Positions 12,681 to 26,339 of a DNA stretch of 64,000 nt are shown here, one piece after another. Numbering within the stretch: the stretch's first letter is position 1; each line of letters opens with the position of its first letter. The notes under the pieces were generated by a model. The model was not told where the DNA came from, did no database searches, and saw only the letters and a list, made by a program, of their open reading frames with translations. Origin of the DNA: Eledone cirrhosa (taxonomy: Eukaryota); NCBI GenBank assembly GCA_964016885.1, contig OZ024763.1, forward strand, positions 14,880,001 through 14,944,000, written 5' to 3'. The translations under genes were made by a program, and so were the position numbers.

Positions 12681-12979
12681 ACCCAACCCTATTAAATTCC
12701 TACATGTACCCACCACATGTTGAAATCAACTTAAGGAATGTGTGGGTCACACAACTTAGTATGGGGTGGGTGGGTTAGGTAAGGGTAGGGATGGGTGGTT
12801 TGATTGTATGGGGGTGGGGATGGGTGATTTGTTTGTGTGGGGGTGGGGATGGATGTGGCTGTTTTGTTTGTGTGGGGGTGTAGGAGGTATTCCCATGGGC
12901 GGGGTTTGAAGAAAGGCTGTGGTGCAGTGGTGGTGTGGTTGGTGGTGTAGTGTAGTGCTAGTTTGGTGTGGTGTTGTGT

Positions 12980-14040
12980 TGTGTTGTGTTCTGTTGTAGT
13001 GGTGGGGTGGTGTTGTGTTCTGTTGTAGTGGTGGGGTGGTGTTGTGTTCTGTTGTAGTGGTGGGGTGGTGTTGTGTTCTGTTGTAGTGGTGGGGTGGTGC
13101 TGTGTTCTGTTGTAGTGGTGGGGTGGTGCTGTGTTCTGTTGTAGTGGTGGGGTGGTGCTGTGTTCTGTTGTAGTGGTGGGGTGGTGTTGTGTTCTGTTGT
13201 AGTGGTGGGGTGGTGTTGTGTTCTGTTGTAGTGGTGGGGTGGTGTTGTGTTCTGTTGTAGTGGTGGGGTGGTGCTGTGTTCTGTTGTAGTGGTGGGGTGG
13301 TGCTGTGTTCTGTTGTAGTGGTGGGGTGGTGTTGTGTTCTGTTGTAGTGGTGTAGTACAGTGGTGGTGTAGTGGTGATGTAGTGGTGTAGTACAGTGGTG
13401 TGGTGGTGTAGTAGTACAGTGGTGGTGTAGTGTAATGGTGTGGTGGTGTAGTAGTACAGTGGTGGTGTAGTGTAGTGGTGTAGTACAGTGGTGTGGTGGT
13501 GTAGTAGTACAGTGGTGGTGTAGTGTAGTGGTGTGGTGGTGGTGTAGTACAGTGGTGGTGTGGTGTAATGGTGTGGTGGTGGTGTAGTACAGTGGTGGTG
13601 TAGTGTAGTGGTGTGGTGGTGTAGTACAGTGGTGGTGTAGTGTAGTGGTGTGGTGGTGTAGTACAGTGGTGGTGTAGTGTAGTGGTGTGGTGGTGTAGTA
13701 CAGTGGTGTGGTGGTGTAGTAGTACAGTGGTGGTGTGGTGTAGTGGTGTGGTGGTGTAGTACAGTGGTGTGGTGGTGTAGTAGTACAGTGGTGGTGTGGT
13801 GTGGTGGTGTAGTACAGTGGTGTGGTGGTGTAGTGGTGTGGTGGTGTAGTACAGTGGTGTGGTGGTGTAGTGGTGTGGTGGTGTAGTACAGTGGTGTGGT
13901 GGTGTAGTAGTACAGTGGTGGTGTGGTGTAGTGGTGTGGTGGTGTAGTACAGTGGTGGTGTGGTGTAGTGGTGTGGTGGTGTAGTGGTGTGGTGGTGTAG
14001 TACAGTGGTGGTGTGGTGTGGTGGTGTAGTACAGTGGTGT
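12980..14040. repeat. 29-bp minisatellite grading into a GTG/GTAGTACAGTG compound repeat
   Basis: Unit tgtgttctgttgtagtggtggggtggtg(t/c) at 12980-13345. Confidence 0.88.
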
Positions 14041-14139
14041 AAAGAGAAGAAAACAGCTGTTAGGGTAGTGGTGGGGGCAGGGGAAGGAAAATTTAATTTT
14101 AGAATTTTTATATCTAAAATATTTGTAAGAGTGTATATA

Positions 14140-15280
14140 CGTATATTGTATGTATGTATATATGTATATATGTATATTGTATGCTTGTATGTATGTATAA
14201 TGTATGTATGTTAATATGTATGTATGTTTGTATGTATGTATGTATGTATATATGTATATTGTATGCTTGTATGTATGTATGTATGTTTGTATGTATGTAT
14301 GTTTGTATGTATGCATGTTTGTATGTATATGTTTGTATGTATATATGTTTGTATGTATATATGTTTGTATGTATATATGTTTGTATGTATATATGTATAT
14401 TGTATGTATGTTTGTATGTATGTATGTTTGTATGTATGTATGTTTGTATGTATATATGTTTGTATGTATATATGTTTGTATGTATATATGTTTGTATGTA
14501 TGTATGTTTGTATGTATATATGTTTGTATGTATATATGTTTGTATGTATATATGTTTGTATGTATATATGTTTGTATGTATATATGTTTGTATGTATATA
14601 TGTTTGTATGTATGTATGTATGTATGTATGTATGTATATATGTTTGTATGTATATGTTTGTATGTATATATGTTTGTATGTATATATGTTTGTATGTATG
14701 TATGTATGTATGTATGTTTGTATGTATATATGTTTGTATGTATATGTTTGTATGTATATATGTTTGTATGTATATATGTTTGTATGTATATATGTATATT
14801 GTATGCTTGTATGTATGTATAATGTATGTATGTTAATATGTATGTATGTTTGTATGTATGTATGTATATATGTATATTGTATGCTTGTATGTATGTATGT
14901 ATGTTTGTATGTATGCATGTTTGTATGTATATGTTTGTATGTATATATGTTTGTATGTATATATGTATATTGTATGTATGTTTGTATGTATGTATGTTTG
15001 TATGTATGTATGTTTGTATGTATGTATGTTTGAATGTATGTATGTTTGTATGTATATATGTTTGTATGTATATATGTTTGTATGTATATATGTTTGTATG
15101 TATATATGTTTGTATGTATATATGTTTGTATGTATGTATGTATGTATGTATGTATGTATGTTTGTATGTATATATGTTTGTATGTATATATGTTTGTATG
15201 TATATATGTTTGTATGTATATATGTTTGTATGTATGTATGTTTGTATGTATGTATGTTTGTATGTATATATGTTTGTATG

Positions 15281-15314
<34 letters not shown>

Positions 15315-15345
15315 TGTATGTATGTATGTATGTATGTATGTATAT
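14140..15345. repeat. (TATG)n-based compound microsatellite
   Basis: tatg and tgtttgtatgtatata units. Confidence 0.92.
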
Positions 15346-16030
15346 TGTATGTTCTTCTGGTTTTATAATTTCACAAAGTTTTACCAATAGAGAGAGAGTC
15401 AGTTTCTAACATAGACACAAGACTCTCTCATTGGAATTTACACATCAACTCGGTAGATATGTATGTATGTCTGCATGCATGCATGTGTAGATCTGGATGT
15501 TATTGTATGTGTGGATGTTTTGAGTTGTATGTGTGCATGTGTATATGCTTTGTATCTGTACATGTGTATATGCAGTTATTAGATGCAAAATTTTTGGAAT
15601 GTTTTACATATTTTTACTGTTCCATTAATGGATTGTACTTGTAATTTCCTAACTAGTTGTGTTCTTTCTGTTCCTGTGAAGCCTAGCTTCTCAAGATTTG
15701 TATTGAGGCAGTTACTAACATACCCCAGTGCCCCAATAATCACAGGCATAAATCTGAAGGTGTAATCAGGGTGGAGTATCTGCAGATTTCTCATCAGTTC
15801 TGCATAAATATTCTCCTTTTCACTAATCTTTGATATTATATTGGCATCTGCTGGGCAGCTAATTTCCACTACTGTGCAGGTTTTCTTCTCCCTGTCCCAT
15901 ATCATTATATCTGGTCTGTTATGCCTGCATTTTATTGGGGTTTTTACTGGAACATTCCACCAGTACTCTTTCATATTATGTACATGGATGTCTTCCACAT
16001 TGTTGTAGCTTTTAATGTGTTTATTATGTA
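15346..16030 (-). mobile_element. R4/Dong-clade non-LTR retrotransposon 3' end with restriction-like endonuclease
   Basis: YWWN.PV....CRHNRPDIMIWD....C.VVEISCP...K..K...Y..L...PVIIGALG (PD-(D/E)xK RLE); stop at 15579; 3' UTR ends in (TACA)n. Confidence 0.85.
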
Positions 16031-16042
16031 TGTATGCTTGTA

Positions 16043-16345
16043 TCATCATCATCATCGTTTAACGTCCATTTTCCACGCTAGCATGGGTCTGGACGGGAAT
16101 TGTCCCACTTGAGACAAGATTGGTTGTCTTGCTCAGGACTGTCTGACGGGTTTTCTACGTGACCATACCAACGTAGTCTTCTCTCGAGTAAACAACATCT
16201 GATCCCTCTTATTCCTAATTTCTCCCTTAGTTCGTTTATGCTTTGCCGTTCATGTATATTACTATTACACATCCAGCGGAGCATGCAAGCTTCGTTTCTC
16301 TCCAGCCTGCGTATATCCTCTGCACACAATGCCCAGGTCTCACTG
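16043..16345 (-). mobile_element. RTE ORF2 fragment joined to a SINE-B/RTE tail
   Basis: RRLERNEACMLRWMCN...RRLRWYGHV, then an abrupt switch to the ...ggacgttaaac(GAT)n tail. Confidence 0.8.
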
Positions 16346-17411
16346 TATGTATGTATAATGTATGTATGTTTGTATGTATATATATATATATATATTGTAT
16401 GTATGTATGTTTAATGTATGTATGTTTATATGTATATTGTATGTATGTTAGTATGTATATTGTATGTATGTTTGTATGTATATATCTATATTGTATGTAT
16501 GTTTATATATATATTGTATGTATGTATGTTTATATGTATATTATATGTATGTTTATATGTATAATGGATTGTACTTGTAATATGTATGTATGTATGTATG
16601 TATGTATAATTTAGGGAGAGATGACCCCCTTAGCCTTTGTCAAGGCAGAATTCTAGGAGAAGGAAAACTCTGATATAACACCTGCAACCCTGATGGTATC
16701 CAATGATGTTGACTTGTTCTTCTTTTTGGTAAATATCATCTTGGTTAAGAGAGTGGGACTGGCTTTGTGCAGTGCCTTTGCTCACTATAAAAGCTTCACG
16801 GCACAGGCATTGCTTTATATCTGGAGATCTCTCTGCACTTGTCGTCACATGGTACCATGGGCCCAGGACTATGTGTCAATAATTGTCACAAATGTAGTGT
16901 TTGTACCAGAGTTTTCAAGTCGCTGGCTGGTCTAAAAAGTCACACTTGTTCAGCGCATCGGTAGGGGTTCTCCTACATGGATATAAAGTAGTGGCCGTAC
17001 TCGAAAACGAGTTGGCAGCCACCATGTATAATGTATGTATGTATGTATGCATGTTTATATGTATAATGTATGTATGTTTATATGTATAATATATGTATGT
17101 ATATATGTATAATGTATGTATGTTTATATGTATAATGTATGTATGTTTATATGTATAATATATGTATATATGTATAATATATGTATGTATATATGTATAT
17201 TGTATGTATGTTTATATGTATAATATATGTACGTATGTATATCTGCATGTTTGTGTGCATGTACATATATGTATATATGTGTGTATAAAATGTATGTATA
17301 TAATGTATGTGTGTATATGTATGTATATAAGGTATGCATATACACATATATATATATATATATATATATAATTGTTTCTACGTTTGTATGCATGACCATA
17401 TATGTACATGC

Positions 17412-17469
<58 letters not shown>

Positions 17470-17929
17470 GCATGTACATATATGTATGCATGCATATGCA
17501 TGTATATATGCGTAGGTAGGTGTGCATATATGTGCACAAAGGACACACTAAATAACATAGTCCTAGGTACACTGTGTCTGAATAAAATCCAGGATGGTCA
17601 CAGTTGGAGCATCTTTTATCACAGGTCTGGTGCAGCAGGCATGGCCCTGGGCTAAACAACAGGAACTAGATATACGGGAGGACACACAGACAGAGATAAG
17701 GAGATATTACCTGACCACCATATTCCCCACCCCACGAACGACGACACTGACCTTTTGTTGCTCCCTGGGAAAGGAAGAGGGCCTGTCTCTCCACCTCCTA
17801 TCCCCACTATACACAGACCAACAAGGAAGACATATATATATATATTTTTGGCTGCAGATGGCTAACATAACCCCCCCCCCCGCCCAACCCTGCAAAAATA
17901 CCCCCCCCCCCCCCTCCACAGCACCCCTT

Positions 17930-18225
17930 TCAATGTAAAGTTATGTTGGTACCACAACATCCAGTCCAAAATAAATGAGGTCGTGTAGGTGTCACGAAAA
18001 AAAAAACACACAGTCCACGCTGTAATGTGGCCGTGTAGGTAACACGGTAAAAACCTCCCAGCCCACACTGTAAATGTGGTTGGTGTTAGGAAGGGCATCC
18101 AGCTGTAGAAAACCCGCCAGACAGTCCTATGCGAGCAATGACAACCACTCTTGCCTCAAGTGGGAAAACTCCCGTCCAAACCCATGCAAGCGTGGAACAC
18201 GGACGTTAAACGATGATGATGATGA
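17930..18225 (+). mobile_element. SINE family B variant, 3' part
   Basis: Internal ~46-bp subrepeats, ggaagggcatccagctgtagaaa and (GAT)n; near-identical to 24190-24490. Confidence 0.75.
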
Positions 18226-18328
18226 CACATACTTATACACACACACATACATACATATATATATATACACACATACATATATATACATACACACACATAC
18301 ATATATATACATACACACACATACTTAT

Positions 18329-18359
<31 letters not shown>

Positions 18360-18748
18360 CACACATACATATATATACATACACACACATACATATATAT
18401 ACATACACACACATACTTATACACACACACATACATATATATATATATACACACACACAGTTCTCGTCACACCCTTGCAAGCAGGGAAAAGCGGACGTAA
18501 AATGAAATGATGATGATGATGATGTTGATGACACACATACATATATACATACATACATACACATACATACATATATATATAGTAAGGTGCATTATTGGTT
18601 GTGTAAAAAGGTCCAATAACTTTATGTTAGCAATATTAAGTTCTCCACACTTTTGTGTATCTCCAATCCCCTTCAAGGGAACAGCTAGATGATGTAAAAT
18701 GGAGTAGAAGTATCAAAATGAAAATCCGAAGGCAAGGTAAAATTCCAA

Positions 18749-18840
18749 TCATTTAATCACGACACATGTTTCAATAAGAGATAGATCGATTGTGAAGCCA
18801 TCCATGATCGATTATCACTGATCTCATCAGGTGAAAATGA
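18749..18840 (-). ncRNA. Type I hammerhead ribozyme motif with long stem II
   Basis: Minus strand tcattttCAC-CTGATGA-long hairpin-GAA-AC atgt GT-C-GTGattaaatga; GUC site. Confidence 0.72.
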
Positions 18841-18984
18841 ATTGTCTTCAAATTCTTGACATGAGGGAGAAAATTAACGATGTTCTCTCACAGAATTCAT
18901 TCCCTCATATGAGGGAAGACAATTCCCCACCCCACGAACGACACTGACCTTTTGTTGCTTCCTGGGAAAGGAAGAGGGCCTGTC

Positions 18985-19067
18985 TTTTCACCTGATGAGA
19001 TCAGTGATAATCGATCATGGCTTCACGATCGATCTATCTCTTATTGAAACGTGTCGTGATTAAATGA
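18985..19067 (+). ncRNA. Type I hammerhead ribozyme motif (inverted partner of the 18749 copy)
   Basis: ttttCAC-CTGATGA-gatcagtgataatcgatc..gatcgatctatctcttatt-GAA-AC gt GT-C-GTG. Confidence 0.7.
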
Positions 19068-19102
19068 TTGGAATTTTACCTTGCCTTCGGATTTTCATTT
19101 TG

Positions 19103-19141
<39 letters not shown>

Positions 19142-19482
19142 CACACACACACATATATATATATATATTTATATATATATATATATATACATACACATAC
19201 ATATATATATACACATACATATATATATATACACACACACATATATATACATACACATAAATATATATATATACATACACATACATATATATACATACAC
19301 ATACTTATATATACATACACATACATATATATATATATACATATATATACGCATACATATATATACACGCATACATATATATACATACACATACATATAT
19401 ATATATATATATACACATATATATATATATATATACATACACATATATATATATATATACATACACATATATATATATATAC

Positions 19483-19514
<32 letters not shown>

Positions 19515-19542
19515 ATATACACACATACATATATATACATAC

Positions 19543-19613
<71 letters not shown>

Positions 19614-20399
19614 CACACACACACACATACATATATATATACACACACGTACATATATATACACACATACATATATATACATACACATACATCACACAAC
19701 ATATAATCACACACACTAAGCCATCTCCCACATATATATACTACTACCACCACACCACCACCATCACAGACCACACCACACCACCACCACCACCACTATC
19801 ACCAACACCTATACCATCACTATCACTACCACACCTCCCCTGCACACCACCACTATCACCACCATACCTCCACCACAAGACCCCCCCCCACTATTACCAA
19901 CACCATTACTACCACACCTCCCCCACAAGACACCACCACCACCACTATCACCACTATCAGCCCCACTGTCAGCACCATACCTCCACCACAAGATCCCCCC
20001 CACTGTCACCACCACCAATACCATCACCATTACTTTACTAAACCCCCCCCCCCACACACACACCACACCACTATCACCACCATACCTCCACCACAAGATC
20101 CCCCCCACTGTCACCACCACCAATACCATCACCATTACTTTACTAAACCCCCCCCACACCACACCACTATCACCACCATACCTCCACCACAAGACCCCCC
20201 CCTCAGCACACCACCACACCACCTCACCACAAGACCCCACCCCCCATCAGAGACAAGAGAGTGAGACAACCTACCTACCTGGGGCCAGCTACAATGGTAT
20301 GCCAGGCTGGTGAACAACATCAACAACATTATTATTACTACCAGAGAGACTAAAAGATCAGCCATGTTGTGAGATGACAATTTATATCATGTAGATGAG

Positions 20400-21545
20400 G
20401 GTGGTGGTGGTGGTGTAGTGGTGGTGTGGTGGTGGTGGTGGTGGTAGTGTAGTGGAGGTGTGGTGGTGGTGGTGGTGGTGGTGGTAGTGTAGTGGTGGTG
20501 TGGTGGTGGTGGTGGTGGTGGTGTGGTGGTGGTGGTGGTGGTGGTGGTGTGGTGGTGGTGTAGTGGTGGTGGTGGTAGTGTAGTGGTGGTGTGGTGGTGG
20601 TGGTAGTGTAGTGGTGGTGTGGTGGTGGTGGTGGTGGTGGTGTGGTGGTGGTGGTGGTGGTGGTGTGGTGGTGGTGTAGTGGTGGTGGTGTAGATGAGGG
20701 TTGTGGTGGTGGTGTGGTGGTGGTGGTGTAGATGAGGGTTGTGGTGGTGGTGTGGTGGTGGTGGTGTGGTGGTGGTGTGGTGGTGGTGGTGGTGGAAGTG
20801 TAATGGTTTGGTGATGGTGTGGTCATGGCGGCAGTGGTAGTATTGGTGATAGTGGTGGTGGGGCAGTGGTGGTGGTGGTGGTAGTGATGGTCATTGTGGT
20901 ATGGTGGCAATGGTGGTGATAGTGGTGGTGGCAGTGTAGGTGGTGATAATGATGGGGGGGGATGTGGTATAGGTGGTGATAGTGGCAGTGCCAGTGGTGA
21001 AGGTGATGGTGGAGGTGGTGGAGGTGGTGGTGGTGGTGTGGTGGTGGAGGTGGTGGTGGTGGTGGTGAAGGTGGAGGTGGTGGAGGTGGTGGAGGTGGGA
21101 CATGGTATAGGTGGTGATGGTGGAGGTGGAGGTGGTGGTGGTGGTGGTGGAGGTAGTGGTGGTGGAGGTGGTGGTGGTGGTGGTGGTGAAGGTGGTGTGG
21201 TGGTGGAGGTGGTGGTGGTGGTGGTGGTGAAGGTGGTGTGGTGGTGGAGGTGGTGGTGGTGGTGTGGTGGTGGAGGTGGTGGTGGTGGTGGTGGTGGAGG
21301 TGGTGGTGATGGTGAAGGTGATGGTGGAGGTGGTGGTGGTGGAGGTGGTGGTGGTGAAGGTGGAGGTGGTGTGGTGGTGTGGTGGTGGTGGTGGTGAAGG
21401 TGATGGTGGAGGTGGTGGAGGTGGTGGTGTGGTGGTGAAGGTGGAGGTGGTGGAGGTGGTGGAGGTGGGACATGGTATAGGTGGTGATGGTGGAGGTGGT
21501 GTGGTGGTGGAGGTGGTGAAGGTGGTGTGGTGGTGGAGGTGGTAG
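20400..21545. repeat. (GGT)n compound repeat
   Basis: Direct reading. Confidence 0.9.
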
Positions 21546-22599
21546 TACAGCCAACTCAGCCCAGACAGGAAACCTTAATAAGGTCATAGTTGATGAATAA
21601 ATTATATATAAGTGAGGAGGGGGTGGTGGTAGTGGTGAAAGGTAGCTGTGGTGCTTGTGTATGGGATAAAATACCTTGCAGTGTTTAGATCCCTAGATAA
21701 GACCCAGCTGGAGTCTACTTTACCTTCCAGTCTCCCCCCCCCCCGGGTGGGGTGAGGAGGGGCAGGGGGCAATAAAATAATGTACTACCAGTCCAGAATA
21801 GTGGATTAGAAGAAATTGTTAGAGTAGTAGACAAGTGCCGGGGTCGCTCTCCGACAGGTTTGCGGTCGTGCCCTTGGCAGAGGAGACTTCTGGTGTCCTT
21901 GGCCCCCCCAGGGCTACCTCCCTACTCACCACCATAGGGGCTGAGCTGGCCAGCCGCAGGTGTGAGCCTCGCCAGATGGAATGGCTCTTCCAGTGCATCT
22001 CCCTTATCATCCTCTGGGGAAAAGCCTTCTGCATTCTGTCCACTGGGGCTGTGAGGAGACCAGCACGTGGGCCCCCATTTGCTCACCATACGGGGGAGAT
22101 GGGGAGGGCGAGAGAGATGGAGGCGATGACAGTGGGAGTTTGTCTCTTCCACGCTCGGACCCTATCCTTGTGGTTGTGTTTATCATCTATATAGAAAATT
22201 ATTTATTTCCCAACCTATTTTATATCACCTGGCTAGACAAAATGATTTGAAGTAATAAAATACACTCTTTTACTCTTTTACCTGTTCCAGCCATCCAGCT
22301 GAGGCCATGCTGGGGCAGTGCAATTTTGAAAATAATCAAGAATTTGTTGGGATTTAGTAATATAACCAACTCTCATTAAGTTGATGTTTGGAACATAATT
22401 TTATGTAAGAACCTTTGTTAAGTTATGTTGAAAAGTTTTTAGATAAAATATACACCTCTCAAAGACAATGACACACCTCTCAAAGACAATGACACATGAC
22501 CATGACTTCTGGCGTCACGCAGTAATACAGAGTACCCGACCCTCCATGGGTACATGCTGAAGCATATAAACAATATGCCCCCACACCCCCCACCGCAAG

Positions 22600-22858
22600 G
22601 TGGTCGTGGAGGTGCCACGGCAAAAAAGCACCCAGCCCACACTGTAAAGTGGACGTGTAGGCGCCACGAAAAAGCACCCAGCACTCACTGTAAATGAGGT
22701 TGGTGTTAGGAAGGGCATCCAGCTGTAGAAATCAAGCCAGATCAGTTCCTGTATGAGCAAGGCATGGTCAGCCGACCAGACACTGCACACAACAGGACAA
22801 CCCGTCTAACCCATGCTAGCGTGGAAGAACGGACGTAAAATGATGATGATGATGATGA
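22600..22858 (+). mobile_element. SINE family B 3' half
   Basis: ggtggtcgtggaggtgccacggcaaaaaagcaccc subrepeats and RTE-like tail. Confidence 0.75.
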
Positions 22859-22859
22859 T

Positions 22860-23845
22860 ATAAATTTTAACCTTCATTACTATATTTCTAATGAAAGACA
22901 CTACCCATGATTTTCAAATATTTTTGAAAATAATCAAGAATTTGAGGTGTTTTAGAAATATAACTCGCTCTCTCATTATCAAGAGGGTGTTTGGAAAATA
23001 AAATCACGATGGAAGGTTTTTAGATAAATACAAAACAGTTTAACCCGTTCACTACCATATTTCTAACAAAAGGTATTGCTTATAATTTTTCAAATAATTT
23101 TGAAAATAAAGGATTTGGTGAGATTTAGTAATGTAACTTTCTCACTATTAAAGCTAGTGTTTGGAACATAATTTAATGGTGGGTCTTACATAAAATAATG
23201 ATGGAAGGTTTTTAGATAAATATAAACACTTTAACCCTTTCACTACCATATTTGTAATAAAAGGCACTGTGTATGATTTTCAAATAATTTTGAAAATGTT
23301 CAAGTATTTGGAGGGATTTAGTAATATAACTTTCTCACAATTAACACCGGTATTTGGAACATAACTTAAGGGTTCTTACATAAAATTATGTTGGAAAGTT
23401 TTTAGATAAAATATATAAATTTTAACCCTTTTGTTACCATATTTCTAATAAAAGATACTGCCAATGATTTTCAAATAATTTTGAAAATAATGAAGAATTT
23501 GGAAGGAATTAGTAATATAACTTCCTCACTATTAAAGATGGTGTTTGGAACATAATTTAATGAAGGTTCTTACATAAACACTTTAACCCTTTCAGTACCA
23601 TATTTCTAATAAAAGACACTATGTTTTTCAAATAATTTTGAAAATGTTCAAGTATTTGCAGGGATTTAGTAATATAGCTAACTTTCTCATTATGAAGCTG
23701 GTGTTTGGAATATAACATAACAAAGGTTCTTACATAAAACTATGGTGGAAGGTTTTTAAATAAATATAAACACTACCATATTTCTAATAAAGGATAGTCT
23801 ATAGTTTTCAAATAATTTTGCAAATAATCAAGAATTTGGAGGGAT
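22860..23845. repeat. Diverged ~160-190 bp tandem array, each unit starting TTAACCC
   Basis: ttaaccctt..taccatatttctaataaaag...ttttcaaataattttgaaaat at ~22867, 23040, 23231, 23422 and 23583. Confidence 0.75.
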
Positions 23846-23919
23846 GTTTAATGATGATGACATATACTCACACTCGCACACACATACACACACACACATA
23901 CATACATGTATGTATATAT

Positions 23920-24095
23920 ATACAGACAGCTGTATAAAAAAGTGCAGGGCGATAAAAATAGACGGTAGTCACGGAGTAGGCAGACCCAGAAAAACCTGGG
24001 ACGACTTGATAAATTCCGACCTCACCAAGACAATGTCACTGGACCGAGATCTTTGGCGCTACACAGTAATACAGAAGACCTGCTTTGTCTAAGTA
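23920..24095 (+). mobile_element. RTE LINE 3' fragment
   Basis: KKCRAIKIDG..GVGRPRKTW. Confidence 0.7.
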
Positions 24096-24189
24096 CAAAG
24101 CGAAACCTACTACAGTCAGTAGGCACCTCTTAACCAAAATACCCCCCCCCCCCCCCCCGTCCCACTACCCCCACCCCGTCCACACCACC

Positions 24190-24490
24190 CCTTTCAATGT
24201 AAAGTTATGTTGGTACCACAACATCCAGTCCGAAACAAATGAGGTCGTGTAGGTGTCACGACAAAAAATACACACAGTCCACGCTGTAATGTGGCCATGT
24301 AGGTAACACGGTAAAAACCTCCCAGTTCCACACTGTAAATGTGGTTGGTGTTAGGAAGGGCATCCAACTGTAGAAAACCTGCCAGACAGTCCTATGCGAG
24401 CAAGACAACCACTCTTGCCTCAAGTGGGAAAACCCCCGTCCAAACCCATGCAAGCGTGGAACACGGACGTTAAACGTTGATGATGTTGAT
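24190..24490 (+). mobile_element. SINE family B variant, 3' part
   Basis: Near-identical to 17930-18225. Confidence 0.75.
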
Positions 24491-24699
24491 GGTATATATA
24501 TATATATATATATATATAAACACAGATGAGTGTGTGTATGTATGTATATATACACACACATTCATCACTATCACCTGACATTGACATCAATGATGAGAGA
24601 GAGGGAAAGTAAGGGAGGATGTAATGAAGGGAAGACATCAATTAGACATTTCCTGCCTTATCATCCCAATATATTACAGGTTGTTGTTGTTAACCTATA

Positions 24700-25750
24700 A
24701 ACGTCTGGGTCACATGTCAGCTGCCACTACCTCCCTCTTAACAGAGGCCTGGGGGTACATATTAGCCTACACTGCCTCCCTCCGATCAGAGGCCTGCAGT
24801 ACATGTTAACCCTCCCTACCTCCCAGCAGAGGCCTAGGGCTCATGTTAACCCACACTACCTCCCTCCCAACAGAGGCCTGGGGTACATATTAGCCTACAA
24901 TACCTCCTACCACCCAGCAGAGGCCTGGAGCACATGTTAACCCTACACTACCCCACTATAACCCAGCAGAGGCCTGGGACACATGTTAACCCTACACTAC
25001 CCCCTACCTCCCAGCAGAGGCCTAGGACACATGTTAGCCCTACACTACCCCCTACCTCCCAGCAGAGGCCTAGGACACATGTTAGCCCTACACTACCCCC
25101 TACCTCCCAGCAGAGGCCTAGGACACATGTTAGCCCATACTACCCCTACCTCCCAGCAGAGGCCTGGGACACATGTTAACCCTACACTACCCCCTACCTC
25201 CCAGCAGAGGCCTGGGGCACATGTTACCCCTACACTACCCCTACCTCCCAGCAGAGGCCTGGGACACATGTTAACCCTACACTACCCCCTACCTCCCAGC
25301 AGAGGCCTGGGACACATGTTAACCCTACACTACCCCCTACCTCCCAGCAGAGGCCTGGGGCACATGTTACCCCTACACTACCCCTACCTCCCAGCAGAGG
25401 CCTGGGACACATGTTAACCCTACACTACCCCCTACCTCCCAGCAGAGGCCTGGGACACATGTTACCCCTACACTACCCCTACCTCCCAGCAGAGGCCTGG
25501 GACACATGTTAACCCTAAACTACCCCTACCTCCCAGCAGAAGCCTGGGACACATGTTAACCCTACACTACCCCCTACCTCCCAGCAGAGGCCTGGGACAC
25601 ATGTTAACCCTACACTACCCCCTACCTCCCAGCAGAGGCCTGGGGCACATGTTACCCCTACACTACCCCTACCTCCCAGCAGAGGCCTGGGACACATGTT
25701 ACCCCTACACTACCCCCTACCTCCCAGCAGAGGCCTGGGACATGTTAGCC
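24700..25750. repeat. 47-48 bp C-rich minisatellite (~20 units)
   Basis: Unit cccagcagaggcctgggacacatgttaaccctacactaccccctacct. Confidence 0.92.
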
Positions 25751-26339
25751 TACATTGCCAACTTACTACTTGGGCATATTAGTTGTTCCCCCGTCTCATT
25801 AGCTCATACTACCCACCTACCAACCCCCATTACCCTATGTCTGGGTCACACACACACGTTAACCCACATCACTACCTACCCACCTACCTACCTACCCCTA
25901 CTGGGTCACACACATGTTACCCCACCCACCCACCAGTTACACCAGTCTTGGTGATATATTCAAATATAGAAATATCAAAGCTCACAACTTTTATTTATTG
26001 TAAGGTTACACCACCACCACCTTCCCCATAATTACACCACCACCACCACCACCATCTTCCCCACAATTACACCACCACCACCTTCCCCACAATTACAACA
26101 CCACCACCATCTTCCTCACTATTACAACACCAGCACAACCACCACTGTCAGCATCATCAACATCACTACCACCACCACCATCATCCTCCTCGCTATTACA
26201 ACACCACCACCACCATTATCACTGTCACCACTCCCACCACCACTCTCCCATCACCACCACTCCCACCACCATGACCATCACTACAAAATATCAAAGCTCT
26301 ACTTTTATAGTGAATCTATTTACAGTAAAGTTACCTCAG

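Noticed and set aside
14154-15409. Many YV/CM/HT/YI-rich ORFs here and throughout the window
   Set aside because: Microsatellite artefacts.
16620-17025. Non-repetitive insert in the TATG array as a coding exon
   Set aside because: Short ORFs with no recognisable homology.
21730-22250. GC-rich island with short ORFs on both strands
   Set aside because: No recognisable domain or consistent splice sites; probably a repeat fragment.
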